NCBI GenBank assembly: GCA_965197745.1
Contig: CBDANS010000007.1
Coordinates: 1,664,001-1,728,000, forward strand
Direction: 5' to 3'
Length of the DNA stretch: 64,000 nt
Source of the DNA: Opitutales bacterium
Lineage (GTDB): Bacteria > Verrucomicrobiota > Verrucomicrobiia > Opitutales > PNEW01
Positions 40,426 through 51,339 of the stretch are shown here, piece by piece. The notes beneath the pieces are model-generated. The model ran no database searches. It had not been told where the DNA came from and was given only the letters and a program-made list of their open reading frames with translations. A program made the position numbers and the translations under genes. Numbering within the stretch: position 1 is the stretch's first letter; every line of letters begins with the position of its first letter.

Positions 40426-41675
40426 TGTCCGGTTCCTCTAATAATTACAGCGGGTTCTAAACGAGCGGCTTTACGAGCGGGTAAGATGCTGGCGATAAAG
40501 ACCACGACGAAAGCGGTGATCGCGGCAGCGAGATAATGCCATAAACTCCAGTTCACGATAAAATGATCAGTCGTAAATATCCCTCTTATGCGTATGGGGA
40601 GTACGGAAACGGCATATGTCATTCCCGCGCCTAAGAGAAGTCCAAAACCGGCACCCAGGATATATATGATCATTCCCTGAGTTATAAAAACTCGTCCAAT
40701 ATCAAATCGCGTGTAACCGATAGATCTTAGAATAGCAATTTCGCGACTCTTTTCCATGACAATGATCGCTAAAGTATTAAACATACCCAGTCCTGAAATG
40801 ATGATGATCGTAGACACCGTAATCGCTGAAGAGAGGCGAAGTGCGCGAAAGACATCGAGCCAGACATGTTCCCGGTCCTGCCAACTTTCAACGCTGTGTC
40901 CTAATACCGAGCTCATGTGTGTCGCATTTTCCCGGGCTCGATTTTTATTAAATAGATTCACCTGTAGAAAAGATACACCAAATGGCTTTTTTAATACCGT
41001 TCGTGCTTGTTCGAGATGGGTAAAAACCCAGTTTTTATCTATCTCTGATACACCTGTTTCGTAGATGGCACTGACACGAACCTGATGGTTTTCCCCCTTT
41101 GACCAAATCATTAAATTATCACCAACGTTTAACTGCATGCGTTGTGCTAAAGTCTGACCCACGAGAATTCCGCTTGGCCTGCGACTGAATTCATTAAGAT
41201 CTCCATAGACGATTGTATCTTCCAGATCTGATACAGAAATATGGTTTTCCAAATCGATACCATGCAAACTAACTCTCTCCGTGATAAAATTATTACTCAG
41301 ACTGATTTCACCGCGAATCACTTCCGAGACCGCCGAAACATTGCGGAATTCATTCACCGCATTAATCAGCTGTCTGGGATTATCTATTCCTTTGACGAAT
41401 TTTCTCCCTTCGGTGTGGGCAAAGGAGAATTGTGAATTACCCCCATTTATCCGTGCCAATTCTATACTGCGTAAGGTGCTTTGCGTTTTGTCTTGAATAC
41501 GGAGAGCCCCTTTAGTCCCCAATATAGTATCAATAAAAAAGATTTCAAACCCACTGGTCAGCGCCTGGGTAAGAATAATAAAAGCTACCCCAAAGGCGAT
41601 ACCCGTGAGGCTCATAATCATAGCCCGTTTCTTGGATCGCAAAAAACGAAAAGCGATGCTGATTTCTGGCGGCAT
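40422..41675 (-). CDS. ABC permease, LolC/E-FtsX type
   Basis: TM pattern; REIAILRSIG; PARKAARL.P. Confidence 0.88.
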   Translation of the reverse strand: MPPEISIAFRFLRSKKRAMIMSLTGIAFGVAFIILTQALTSGFEIFFIDTILGTKGALRIQDKTQSTLRSIELARINGGNSQFSFAHTEGRKFVKGIDNPRQLINAVNEFRNVSAVSEVIRGEISLSNNFITERVSLHGIDLENHISVSDLEDTIVYGDLNEFSRRPSGILVGQTLAQRMQLNVGDNLMIWSKGENHQVRVSAIYETGVSEIDKNWVFTHLEQARTVLKKPFGVSFLQVNLFNKNRARENATHMSSVLGHSVESWQDREHVWLDVFRALRLSSAITVSTIIIISGLGMFNTLAIIVMEKSREIAILRSIGYTRFDIGRVFITQGMIIYILGAGFGLLLGAGMTYAVSVLPIRIRGIFTTDHFIVNWSLWHYLAAAITAFVVVFIASILPARKAARLEPAVIIRGTGQ

Positions 41676-41689
41676 TTAAATGGCCGTAA

Positions 41690-42796
41690 TTATTGAATTT
41701 TGATCTTATTGCCGGGTTGAAACCTGTCCAGGTCCTCTACAATTACCCGTTCGCCCTCCTTTAAGCCATCAAGCACTTCAACATTGTGCAGACCTTGATA
41801 ACCTTTTACGACAAGGCGTATTTCCACTCTTCCTTTATTCACGGCATACACGCGGTCACCAAGTAGAGCTCGACTGGGTATAATCAGAGCATTTTCTCTT
41901 TCAGCAACGATGATGCTTACTTCACCGGTAAGTCCCGGGGTTAATCTCTGTTCATCTATATTCACATCAAGGTAGACGCTGAAGCGCTGGGTTTCCGGAT
42001 CGTTAGTGGGCAGCAGTTGAATGACTGAGGCGTTAAAAAGATCATCGCCGTAGCCGAGGAATCTTACAACGGCGTGATGACCGACATTGACTTTAGCAAA
42101 ATCCTCTTCGCTTATTTTTGCGACAATCCGTCGTTCATTTGAAATTATTTCAGCTACCCCCATTCGGTCACTTATAAGATCGCCCTCAAAAACTATGACT
42201 TCCACTACAGTGCCATCAACGGGGCTTTTGATCGTCATTCTCTCGAGGGCGAGCTGGGTTTGTTGAAGCTCATTATTTAATCTTTTAAGCCGCGCTTCAT
42301 CATCGATTCTTTCATGTTCCATTTTCTCCCGCAATTCCGCCAATCGCCGTCGCGAGGCTTTCAAAGTATCGGGTGAGGCGCTACCTGTTTCTTCAAGTGC
42401 CTCCAGGTCTTTTATGTGGTCTTCAACTTCCAGTGCATTATACTTTAAGGTTGAACCCAGTTTCAATTTTTCGGTAACTGCTTGGAGATCAATTTGAATG
42501 CTTTCAATTTGCAGTTCCAGATCGGTGGTATCCAGTTTGATTATGACCTGACCAGCGCCGACAACATCTCCAATATTTATGAGGCTGGAAATGACACGAC
42601 CACTGCCTTCAGAGCGAACAGTTAATCGATAGGTCTCTTCAACTTTCAAGTTTCCGGAAACGGCATCTATAGCCTGACCCCGGGTAACTTCCTGTGTGTA
42701 AGCGGTGGGTTTACATGACCAGAGCAGCGCCATAAGAAAAAAAAATAGAACAAGCGGCGCCAACACCCATTTTAAATTAGCATCTGGTTTTATCAT
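41690..42796 (-). CDS. Efflux periplasmic adaptor (membrane fusion protein)
   Basis: Lipoyl halves around a coiled coil, IKSPVDGTV, GL.EGERV. Confidence 0.88.
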   Translation of the reverse strand: MIKPDANLKWVLAPLVLFFFLMALLWSCKPTAYTQEVTRGQAIDAVSGNLKVEETYRLTVRSEGSGRVISSLINIGDVVGAGQVIIKLDTTDLELQIESIQIDLQAVTEKLKLGSTLKYNALEVEDHIKDLEALEETGSASPDTLKASRRRLAELREKMEHERIDDEARLKRLNNELQQTQLALERMTIKSPVDGTVVEVIVFEGDLISDRMGVAEIISNERRIVAKISEEDFAKVNVGHHAVVRFLGYGDDLFNASVIQLLPTNDPETQRFSVYLDVNIDEQRLTPGLTGEVSIIVAERENALIIPSRALLGDRVYAVNKGRVEIRLVVKGYQGLHNVEVLDGLKEGERVIVEDLDRFQPGNKIKIQ

Positions 42797-44181
42797 TCAG
42801 CGGGAAGAGTGAAATAGAGAAGTGCCGGATCTTGTCCGATTAGTGAAAGAAGCTCAGAAAAATCGAGAATGAAATTACTTCGAGCCATAAATAATTCTTT
42901 TTGTTTGTTGAAATAATTTAAACGACTTTCAAGGAATTCCAATTCAGAAAGCCTGTTTTGCTCATTCAATTGTTTATCACGATCCCAAAATTTTTGGGTA
43001 AAAGGAAATCTTGCTTCATTCAGCTGAAGTGATTGATAAGCCAGATCAAGGTCGGAAGCCATTTCACGCGCATCGCGATTCAGTTCATTATTGATGCCTT
43101 CCTGCCGCTGTTCAAGTAGACGAATACGTGCCATGCTGGCAATCTTTCTGCCCTTCGTCGCAAATCCATCAAAGATATTCCATGTAAGTCGGACCCCACC
43201 AAAATAAATTAAGGTGTCCACATCGTTAAATGTCGCAGTGTTATCCTGTATTTGGTGCGCGGAGAGAAGGATGTCCAAAAGCGGGCGATTGTTGGATTCA
43301 ATAAACTTCAGGTTTTCTTTTTCTCTCTGAATTCTTTTAGCGTTTAAACTGTGTATTGGATTTTCTTTATAGCCTCCTTCGAAGAAACTGCTGAGAAATT
43401 GTTGAAAGGTATCTGTTTCAAGACTGGGTCGTGGCACTTCGGCGGGAAGGTTGTCTAACTTTAATTGTTCATAGCCACTAATATAAATCAAACGGCGAAG
43501 AAGACGTTGTCCCTTTTTTTTATTTTTTAAAATATTAAGGAGTGTTTCCTGTAATTGAATATGCTGTAATGTATAGTCGTCTTCTGAAAGCAATCCCTGT
43601 CGTTGTTTATCTTCTAATGAAGCAAGACTCTTGCGCGTAATTTCCTCCTCTAATTGCGTATTGCGAAGGGAGACATTTTCGATAATAAGTGAGAGGTAGA
43701 GGACGCGAATCTCCTGGGCCAGATTCTGATAAAAACGCTGGTATTCTTCTTTAGCGAGATTGATATCAATTTGACCTATTCGATCACGTGCATCCACTCC
43801 CCCCCAATGATATATGGGGTGATCTAATGATAAATTAAAAAAATTACGAAATTCATCAGAATCCTTTCCTCGCTCTCGCTCTCGTCTTTCATACCCGGCA
43901 TTTAAACCAAAATTTATATTGGGTAATTTGTCAGATGAAAAAAGATAGCCCATTCCCTCAGCTTCAGAAATATTTTGTATTTCCCTAAGTAATGAAGGCG
44001 CTTTCTTATTGGCGACCTTGTATATTTCTATTAATTGTGGGAAAAGGGCGTCGGGGGTGCAGTGGGGATAGGGGACATCCGCGCGGAGAAAGGGAATCCA
44101 AACAAATAATCCAAGGAGAGCAGTGACAAGAAACTGCTTTATAAACGAAAGGGATTTTTTATCTATGACCGAATAACACAT
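42793..44181 (-). CDS. TolC family outer membrane protein
   Basis: Operon context; G.RLTWNIFDG; helical repeats. Confidence 0.8.
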   Translation of the reverse strand: MCYSVIDKKSLSFIKQFLVTALLGLFVWIPFLRADVPYPHCTPDALFPQLIEIYKVANKKAPSLLREIQNISEAEGMGYLFSSDKLPNINFGLNAGYERRERERGKDSDEFRNFFNLSLDHPIYHWGGVDARDRIGQIDINLAKEEYQRFYQNLAQEIRVLYLSLIIENVSLRNTQLEEEITRKSLASLEDKQRQGLLSEDDYTLQHIQLQETLLNILKNKKKGQRLLRRLIYISGYEQLKLDNLPAEVPRPSLETDTFQQFLSSFFEGGYKENPIHSLNAKRIQREKENLKFIESNNRPLLDILLSAHQIQDNTATFNDVDTLIYFGGVRLTWNIFDGFATKGRKIASMARIRLLEQRQEGINNELNRDAREMASDLDLAYQSLQLNEARFPFTQKFWDRDKQLNEQNRLSELEFLESRLNYFNKQKELFMARSNFILDFSELLSLIGQDPALLYFTLPAE

Positions 44182-44470
44182 AAACGGAGATTAAGATTTC
44201 TTAGTCATCGAGATGGTATGACACTATAAAAAAGTGCCATTGTTTCACCTATCGCTTAAAAATCAAGATGATTTAAAACGAAGGACGAAGCCTTTAAGGT
44301 GTGTATAAATCCGATTGTAAAAGATTAAATTTAAAATATCGCTATGGTTTCAGCGGGGAAGAAGCCTGAGTTAACTCAATCAGCGTTGCTAAATTTTGTA
44401 TTAAACGCTTAAATCTATTTAAAGATTTAAAACAGTTCATCAAGTTCACAATTTAAGGACGACTAATGTA

Positions 44471-45604
44471 ATGCCGGGCAAAGAATCTCTAAAACAAAAG
44501 ATAATCATGATTACTCATGAATTTTATCCCAAACTGAGAGGGATATCAGTCTATCTGCAGGAGATTGCTAAATGTGCCTCAGAGCGAGGAAATACGATAG
44601 AAGTTTGGGCGCCCGCTAACGATGAGATCCTGGCTGCGGATTTACCTTATACCGTAAAACTGATGCCCTTGAAAGGAACCCAGAGTTGGGTGTCCCGCAT
44701 AAAACTTGCCTTGGAATTAATCAAATGTCGCGAGCAGGTAGGCAATGCCATCCTCTATTTGGCTGAGCCGGGACCTATTCGGACGATGCTGTATTTACAG
44801 CTATTCTCAGTGATTAAACCTCAAGCGCTTTGGATTACCCTTTATGGATCGGAGATAAAAAAATTTACGATTTTTCCGCATAGAAAAATTCTTTTTAAAA
44901 AATTATTAAAGTTTGCCGATAGGATCAGCGTAATTTCGCAATACAATTATCGTATATTGCGTCAGCTGTTTCCTGAACTGGATGAGAAAATTGTAGTCGC
45001 TGGCTGCGCCCTTAAGTCTGACTTCACAAAGGAAGTCAGTCCCAAGCAGAAAAATAATAAAGATAAAATAATTGTTCTGACCGTGGGAGGGATTCATCCG
45101 CGTAAAGGTCAATTAAATCTTCTCCATGCATTAAACCGATTGGAGTTGGACCTGAAAAAAAAGATTGAATACAGGTTGGTCGGCCCCCTTGTGAAGCCAT
45201 CCTATTTTAAAAAGATTGAATCTTATGCGAATAAAAACAGATTGAATTTTAAATACCTGGGAGAAGTTGAGAATAAGGATTTGAGCGCCATTTATGCGGA
45301 AGCAGATATTTATGCGATGACGAGCATTGATTACCGGAGCAGCGTAGAAGGGTTTGGGCTTACTTATCTCGAAGCTTCAGCGCATCGGCTTCCTATTATA
45401 GCTCACCGCGTCGGTGGGGTAGAGGATGCCGTCAAAAACAATGTGACTGGCATCCTCATAGAACCGGGCGACTATGAACATCTTGCCAATGTATTGCAAA
45501 CGCTGGTTGCCGACTCATCTCTTCGTGATAGACTGGGGGGTGAAGGAGAACGTTGGGCCCGTAATCATACATGGGAAAAGTGTGTTGAAAAAATTTTCGG
45601 ATAA
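44471..45604 (+). CDS. Glycosyltransferase family 4
   Basis: HPRKGQ, EGFGLTYLEA. Confidence 0.9.
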   Translation: MPGKESLKQKIIMITHEFYPKLRGISVYLQEIAKCASERGNTIEVWAPANDEILAADLPYTVKLMPLKGTQSWVSRIKLALELIKCREQVGNAILYLAEPGPIRTMLYLQLFSVIKPQALWITLYGSEIKKFTIFPHRKILFKKLLKFADRISVISQYNYRILRQLFPELDEKIVVAGCALKSDFTKEVSPKQKNNKDKIIVLTVGGIHPRKGQLNLLHALNRLELDLKKKIEYRLVGPLVKPSYFKKIESYANKNRLNFKYLGEVENKDLSAIYAEADIYAMTSIDYRSSVEGFGLTYLEASAHRLPIIAHRVGGVEDAVKNNVTGILIEPGDYEHLANVLQTLVADSSLRDRLGGEGERWARNHTWEKCVEKIFG

Positions 45605-45618
45605 ACCTGACAAGAGCA

Positions 45619-46809
45619 GTGGTGAATTTAATTGATCTGACACATACTTCTCATTGCCGAGTTAATACCGGCATCCAAAGGGTTTGCCGCAAGCTACACC
45701 AGGAATTCGAGCAGGATGAAACCGGTATAACCGTTACCTTTGATCCTTACCGAAATGCATGGAGAGAACTGACTGATGGTGAACGGAGCAATCTCAATCT
45801 CGCCGATACAGATATACCGGATGGTAAAAGAGGTACATTCTGGCCAATAAATAAACGCATCATGGGCTATCTGGGACGCGCATTTAATATTCAGAGCAGT
45901 GATTTAATAGGAAAAAAATCTACCTTCCAGGGGCTCGTCGTCCCAGAAATATTTGGACCACAATTGCCGCACGCTTACTCGGCGCTCTCGCCTAAAATCA
46001 GGGGGCCTAAAGTAGCAATATTTTATGATGCTGTTACCTTAAGTCTGCCTGAATACGCTCCTAAAAATGCCATTTTAAAATTTCCCGCTTATTTGAAATC
46101 ATTGCTATGGTTTGATGGTATTGCGGCGATCTCTGAAGCGTCATCCAGCGAATTAATTAAATACTGGGAAAAAAATGGCTATAATACGCATCCACCAGTA
46201 GTCTCCATACCTTTAGGCACGGATATTCACCAGGCAATTAAGGAAAATGATAATGACAATAAGAGAGACAATGTTCCTATAATATTAACCGTGGCGACAA
46301 TAGAGGGAAGGAAAAATCATCTATCCTTATTACAAGCAGCGGAAACACTTTGGGAAAAAGGGCATTCATTTCATTTGAGACTCGTCGGGAAGTTGCAAAA
46401 AGAGACAGGTCAGGCAGCCCTTGACTATCTCCAACAACTACAACGATCGGGGCGCGCTATAGAGTGGTTGGGGCCTCTTAGTGAAAGCAATCTCCGCAAA
46501 GCTTATAGAGAATGTAGATTTACAATATATCCATCTCTATATGAAGGGTTTGGGATCCCAATCCTGGAAAGTTTAAGTTTCGGAAAACCCTGTATTTGCA
46601 CCGACCGTGGGGCGCTGCCGGAAAGCGCCCGTGGGGGAGGGTGCCTGGTGGTTAAGGAAACGCAGGCAAAGGATTTAGCAAAAGCAATGGGTAAGCTACT
46701 TGGGGATAATGATCTCTATGAAAAACTTGCTGAAGAGGCGCGTTCCCGTCGTTTCAAAAGCTGGCATACATATTGTCGTGAGCTTCAAGAATGGATGAAT
46801 AGCATTTAA
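45619..46809 (+). CDS. Glycosyltransferase family 4
   Basis: TGIQRV, RKNH, PSLYEGFGIPILES. Confidence 0.9.
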   Translation: MVNLIDLTHTSHCRVNTGIQRVCRKLHQEFEQDETGITVTFDPYRNAWRELTDGERSNLNLADTDIPDGKRGTFWPINKRIMGYLGRAFNIQSSDLIGKKSTFQGLVVPEIFGPQLPHAYSALSPKIRGPKVAIFYDAVTLSLPEYAPKNAILKFPAYLKSLLWFDGIAAISEASSSELIKYWEKNGYNTHPPVVSIPLGTDIHQAIKENDNDNKRDNVPIILTVATIEGRKNHLSLLQAAETLWEKGHSFHLRLVGKLQKETGQAALDYLQQLQRSGRAIEWLGPLSESNLRKAYRECRFTIYPSLYEGFGIPILESLSFGKPCICTDRGALPESARGGGCLVVKETQAKDLAKAMGKLLGDNDLYEKLAEEARSRRFKSWHTYCRELQEWMNSI

Positions 46810-46957
46810 GTTAGCAGGGACGGTTCCCCTAAAGCGTTCTTTCAGATCGTCGCAGCAATGGACGTTATAACTTGATCATACTACTGTTATTGTCTATTTT
46901 CTTACCTTTTTATCCTATGATTTTTGTCTCATGAACTTCCCCTGCAAAACCTGAAAA

Positions 46958-49465
46958 ATGCTCTATAGGAGCCCTAAAAGAATTTACAATAATTCAGCCC
47001 TGGAGTTTTGGTTTAAAAGGCTATCTTCAGATTGGGAACAATATTTTTTGCCTGAAGAATTAGCTAAGGGTCGCGAGATTTATAGAAAGGGTGAAATCCG
47101 AGAAATCGAAGTTAACAATGGCGATGCTATTATTCACTACAAACACCAGCAAAAAGAATATTACGCGCTGATTGATTGGGATGAAAGTAAACCTGATATT
47201 CGCTTTTCTGATGAAGATCGTCGTTTTGGAAATTGCCTGGCCGCAGCCGGGTTTTATGAAATCGAAGAACTGGTAGCTGAAGAAATTCCTCCTGTTCCTG
47301 AACAAAAACGGACGAGAGAGGAAGAGCATGAGGTTTTATCGGACGGTATAATTTTTGAGGCAGATAAAAGTCAGGAAATTGCGTGTCCTGTAATTTTAAA
47401 ATTAGATTCTACAATTGCCGGTCTAACCCTGGAAGCATTCTGGAAAAACGGTGACGATACATTAAGCACGCCTATTCGCTTGAATGGTAAACGAGGGGTT
47501 GCTGAATTTAATTCAGCCGATCGTGAAACTTTGATCCGGCTGACGACAAACCTGCACAAAGCTGGTTTTGTAAAGAGGAAAAAAGAGAGAAAGTATCTCC
47601 TCAGCGATCATTCACGAATCTGTTCCTTTTTTAGCGAAGAACTGCCAAACTGGAATAATTTCTTTGAGATAGAAATTAACCACCGTGTTAAAGCGCTTAC
47701 GAGGGGCTTGCAGGTAGTTCATGTTGAAGCTGATGCGGGAATAAACGAAAGCGAATTGAATTTTCAATGGAAGATGCAGGTGGGGGACCGTGCCCTCACG
47801 GCAGAAGAGAGTCGTCTGCTTCTCAAAAGGTGTAGACACAGCGTAATCATTCCCGAGTTGGGAATGGTAAAAATCCCCGATGACAAAGCTGATATTCTCG
47901 CAGAATGGCAGGCATTTCTCGATGAAGACAATTCCGGTAAATTGCCTAAATATATGCTGTTCTCGCTGTTTGATGAGGATAAAATGCGAATAAATCTGTC
48001 TTCAGAATTAAAGCAGTGGCGTGAATTACTGCTCAAACCTCCTCAGAAAAACGGCGTTTTGCCTGATTTTCTCAGGCCCTACCAAAAACGTGGTGTCGTA
48101 TGGTTATCGCATTTATTTGAACGGGACTGTCACGGCCTCCTCGCGGATGAAATGGGATTGGGCAAAACGCTTCAGACTGCTGCCCTTTTTCACAATCGGC
48201 CAATTAGTGGTATGCGGCACATTATTGTCTGCCCCGCCAGTGTCGTCCCCGTATGGAAAAATGAATGCAATAATTTTTTCCCTCAATTAAAGATTGAAAT
48301 ACTTAAAAGTGATCACAATTTTATAACCTGCCCTGAACCTGTAATATGGGTTACCAGTTACACGCAATTGCGCCGTCAAAAGTCGCTTCTGGATCAAGTT
48401 GAATTTGGATATGCGGTATTAGACGAAGGGCAACTGATAAAAAATCCGGATGCCAAGGTAACAATAGCATGCTTAAACATAAATGCCCGGCATCGCATTG
48501 TTCTGACGGGGACGCCTATAGAAAATCGTCATCTCGATTTGTGGACTTTGTTTCGATTTCTCATGCCGGGCTTGCTGGGTGGCCGACGTAAATTTGAGAA
48601 GTCTGTTCAAGATAACGAGTTTAAATTGAGCAACAAATTGAATCGACAAATTGCCCCTTTTATTCTCCGCAGAACAAAAAAGGATGTAATCAGTGATTTG
48701 CCACCGAAAGTAGAAATGGGTTTGATCTGTCCATTGACCGATGTTCAACAGCAACAATACGGGAGGATCACTGAACAGGGGATACGCTCATTAGGAGAAA
48801 ATTTGCAGCGCGTGGTAAGCGAACGTACTATTACGCTTTTCACTCTTCTCACCCGATTGCGGCAAGTTTGTTGTGATCCTGATTTATTGCCATGGCATTC
48901 TTCTGACCTGAGCCATAGTGGTAAAATTAACTTACTCTTGGAGAAAATGGGTGAAATCGTTTCCAATGGTCATAAGGTTGTGATCTTCAGTCAATTTGTA
49001 TCGCTACTCAAACGAGTTCGACTGGGTTTAGAAAAACAATTTGAAGGGATATCTCTCTATGAATTGACGGGAAAAACGATTGATCGAGAAAAGCCGATCA
49101 AAGCGTTTCAGGATTGTAAAAATGCATCAGTTATACTTGTGAGTCTGCGTGCCGGCGGAACAGGAATAACCCTGCACGCTGCAGATTATGTGTTCCTTCT
49201 CGATCCCTGGTGGAATCCTGCAGTAGAAGAGCAGGCCATTGACCGCGTTCACCGTATTGGTCAGGACAAAACCGTATTCGTTTACAGGATGATTACGGAA
49301 GGCACGATAGAAGAGCGTATCGAGCGTCTGAAATCAAGAAAGCGGGAACTTTTTAATCATCTCGTAGGTGGATTATCTGATGTGTCTGAGTTTAAAAACT
49401 ATTTTCATTCACTAAGTGAACTCATCGCCTTAAATACACACACCCTTGATAGGAAAATAGATTAA
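46958..49465 (+). CDS. SNF2-family helicase
   Basis: LADEMGLGKT, DEGQ, LTGTPIEN, DPWWNPAVEEQAIDR.HRIGQ. Confidence 0.92.
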   Translation: MLYRSPKRIYNNSALEFWFKRLSSDWEQYFLPEELAKGREIYRKGEIREIEVNNGDAIIHYKHQQKEYYALIDWDESKPDIRFSDEDRRFGNCLAAAGFYEIEELVAEEIPPVPEQKRTREEEHEVLSDGIIFEADKSQEIACPVILKLDSTIAGLTLEAFWKNGDDTLSTPIRLNGKRGVAEFNSADRETLIRLTTNLHKAGFVKRKKERKYLLSDHSRICSFFSEELPNWNNFFEIEINHRVKALTRGLQVVHVEADAGINESELNFQWKMQVGDRALTAEESRLLLKRCRHSVIIPELGMVKIPDDKADILAEWQAFLDEDNSGKLPKYMLFSLFDEDKMRINLSSELKQWRELLLKPPQKNGVLPDFLRPYQKRGVVWLSHLFERDCHGLLADEMGLGKTLQTAALFHNRPISGMRHIIVCPASVVPVWKNECNNFFPQLKIEILKSDHNFITCPEPVIWVTSYTQLRRQKSLLDQVEFGYAVLDEGQLIKNPDAKVTIACLNINARHRIVLTGTPIENRHLDLWTLFRFLMPGLLGGRRKFEKSVQDNEFKLSNKLNRQIAPFILRRTKKDVISDLPPKVEMGLICPLTDVQQQQYGRITEQGIRSLGENLQRVVSERTITLFTLLTRLRQVCCDPDLLPWHSSDLSHSGKINLLLEKMGEIVSNGHKVVIFSQFVSLLKRVRLGLEKQFEGISLYELTGKTIDREKPIKAFQDCKNASVILVSLRAGGTGITLHAADYVFLLDPWWNPAVEEQAIDRVHRIGQDKTVFVYRMITEGTIEERIERLKSRKRELFNHLVGGLSDVSEFKNYFHSLSELIALNTHTLDRKID

Positions 49466-49482
49466 CATAGATTCAGGAAAAT

Positions 49483-50343
49483 ATGGGGTCATCCGGAATT
49501 AGATCTGTTACCGTAAAAAGAGTATCCGATTCAGGTTCATTAATTGAATCGGATGCGCTTGCCGTAGAGGAGCCATTGGAAATCCGTTTGGGTTATGTGC
49601 GCGATGGGCACCGCCTTCAACGGAGTTTATCCATAACCATGCGTACTCCCGGTCAAGATACTGAATTAGCCGTTGGATTCCTCCTGACCGAAGGGATAAT
49701 TTCAGATAAGAAGCAGATTGAAACGGTAAGGTGTGCTCACCGAGAAGGGGAGGAAATGGATTCGGATAATAAAATCCTTATCGACCTTAAAAGTGATGTG
49801 TCATTCGATATGAAACGATTAGAAAGACACTTTTATACTACATCGAGTTGTGGGGTTTGCGGAAAATCTTCGCTTGAAGCACTGAATATACGTGAGAATC
49901 CGGAATTACCGAAAAGGCAACCAGTATTCAGCACTGAGATTATACATTGCCTGCCAGCAATGCTACGTAAAGACCAATCGGTATTCAGTTCAACTGGGGG
50001 AATACATGCAGCGGGTCTTTTCAATTCTCAAGGTTCACTGGTGTCATTAAAGGAAGATGTAGGCAGACATAATGCGGTGGACAAGCTTATTGGAGAAGCG
50101 CTACTCAAAGAGCGTTTGCCCCTGCACGATTCTCTTATGATGGTCAGTGGTCGAACCAGTTTTGAAATTCTGCAAAAAGCACTATCAGCTGGAATCCCCA
50201 TTGTTGCCGCGGTGGGTGCGCCTTCCAGCCTCGCTGTTGAGCTTGCGAACACCTTTAAGATGACCCTTTTGGGTTTTGTCAGCAATGATCGATTCAATAT
50301 TTATAGTGAATCACAACGCATCCTTGATGACGGAAAGGTTTAA
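49483..50343 (+). CDS. fdhD: Formate dehydrogenase accessory sulfurtransferase
   Basis: MRTPG, SSCGVCG, TGGIHAA, EDVGRHNAVDK. Confidence 0.93.
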   Translation: MGSSGIRSVTVKRVSDSGSLIESDALAVEEPLEIRLGYVRDGHRLQRSLSITMRTPGQDTELAVGFLLTEGIISDKKQIETVRCAHREGEEMDSDNKILIDLKSDVSFDMKRLERHFYTTSSCGVCGKSSLEALNIRENPELPKRQPVFSTEIIHCLPAMLRKDQSVFSSTGGIHAAGLFNSQGSLVSLKEDVGRHNAVDKLIGEALLKERLPLHDSLMMVSGRTSFEILQKALSAGIPIVAAVGAPSSLAVELANTFKMTLLGFVSNDRFNIYSESQRILDDGKV

Positions 50344-50441
50344 ATAGCAGCATTCTTCTTCGTAATAATAGAGATTTTTTCAAGACTCGGAGGATGGCGT
50401 TTAGAACTAATTCAGTGAAATTACATTTATAATCCAGTTAT

Positions 50442-51338
50442 ATGAGCGATGAACGCGTATTTTATTTTAATCGTTATTCAGAACGTATTGAAGAAGAGAA
50501 AATTTATGGCGATCGCTATTTACGGTGGGTAACGGGGAACCTCTCGGGAAGATTTATTTATCAAACATTGGTGAAACGAACCTGGTTTTCACGATGGTAT
50601 GGATGGCGAATGAAACGTCGCAGCAGTAAAAAAAAGATCCTGCCTTTTATTGAAAAATATAATATAGATGTTAACGAATTTGAACATTCCCCTGAAGCGT
50701 TTGCTACCTTCAACGAGTTTTTCTATCGCTCTCTTAAGCGGGAAAAACGGCCCATTATAGCCGATAATAATACCGTCGTTTTTCCCGCTGACGGGAGGCA
50801 TTTGGGGTTTCAGGACATTTCGAAACTTCAGGGAATCTTTGTAAAAGGGCAAATGCTCAATTTTGGAGAACTTTTAGGGAATCATTCATTGGCCGATCGT
50901 TTTTACAATGGAACGATGATCATCTCACGTCTCTGTCCCATTGATTATCATCGCTTTCATTTTCCCGTAAGCGGAATACCCGGGACGGCGCGGTATATTA
51001 ATGGATTTCTTGCTTCCGTAAATCCAATAGCCCTCAGACGAAATATTCATGCATTATCTGAAAACAAACGAGTGCTTACCTGCCTGGATAGTGAAGATTT
51101 CGGTCAGGTCCTGATCCTGGAAGTGGGCGCTACCTGTGTCGGGTCAATCATCAATACTTATAAACCTGACTTTCCGATAATGAAAGGTGAAGAGAAAGGG
51201 TACTTTTCCTTTGGCGGATCAGCAGTGATTACCCTTTTTCAAAAAAACCGAATTCAATTGGATGACGATCTCCTTCTTCACAGTGAAGAAGGATGTGAGT
51301 TATATGCCCATATGGGCGATCACGCGGGATCAAATTGA
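50442..51338 (+). CDS. psd: Phosphatidylserine decarboxylase
   Basis: FNEFF.R, RLCP.DYHRFH, FGGS cleavage motif. Confidence 0.9.
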   Translation: MSDERVFYFNRYSERIEEEKIYGDRYLRWVTGNLSGRFIYQTLVKRTWFSRWYGWRMKRRSSKKKILPFIEKYNIDVNEFEHSPEAFATFNEFFYRSLKREKRPIIADNNTVVFPADGRHLGFQDISKLQGIFVKGQMLNFGELLGNHSLADRFYNGTMIISRLCPIDYHRFHFPVSGIPGTARYINGFLASVNPIALRRNIHALSENKRVLTCLDSEDFGQVLILEVGATCVGSIINTYKPDFPIMKGEEKGYFSFGGSAVITLFQKNRIQLDDDLLLHSEEGCELYAHMGDHAGSN

Positions 51339-51339
51339 A

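Noticed and set aside
46958..49465. SNF2 helicase as part of a defence system
   Set aside because: Sits among housekeeping genes with no methylase or nuclease partners.
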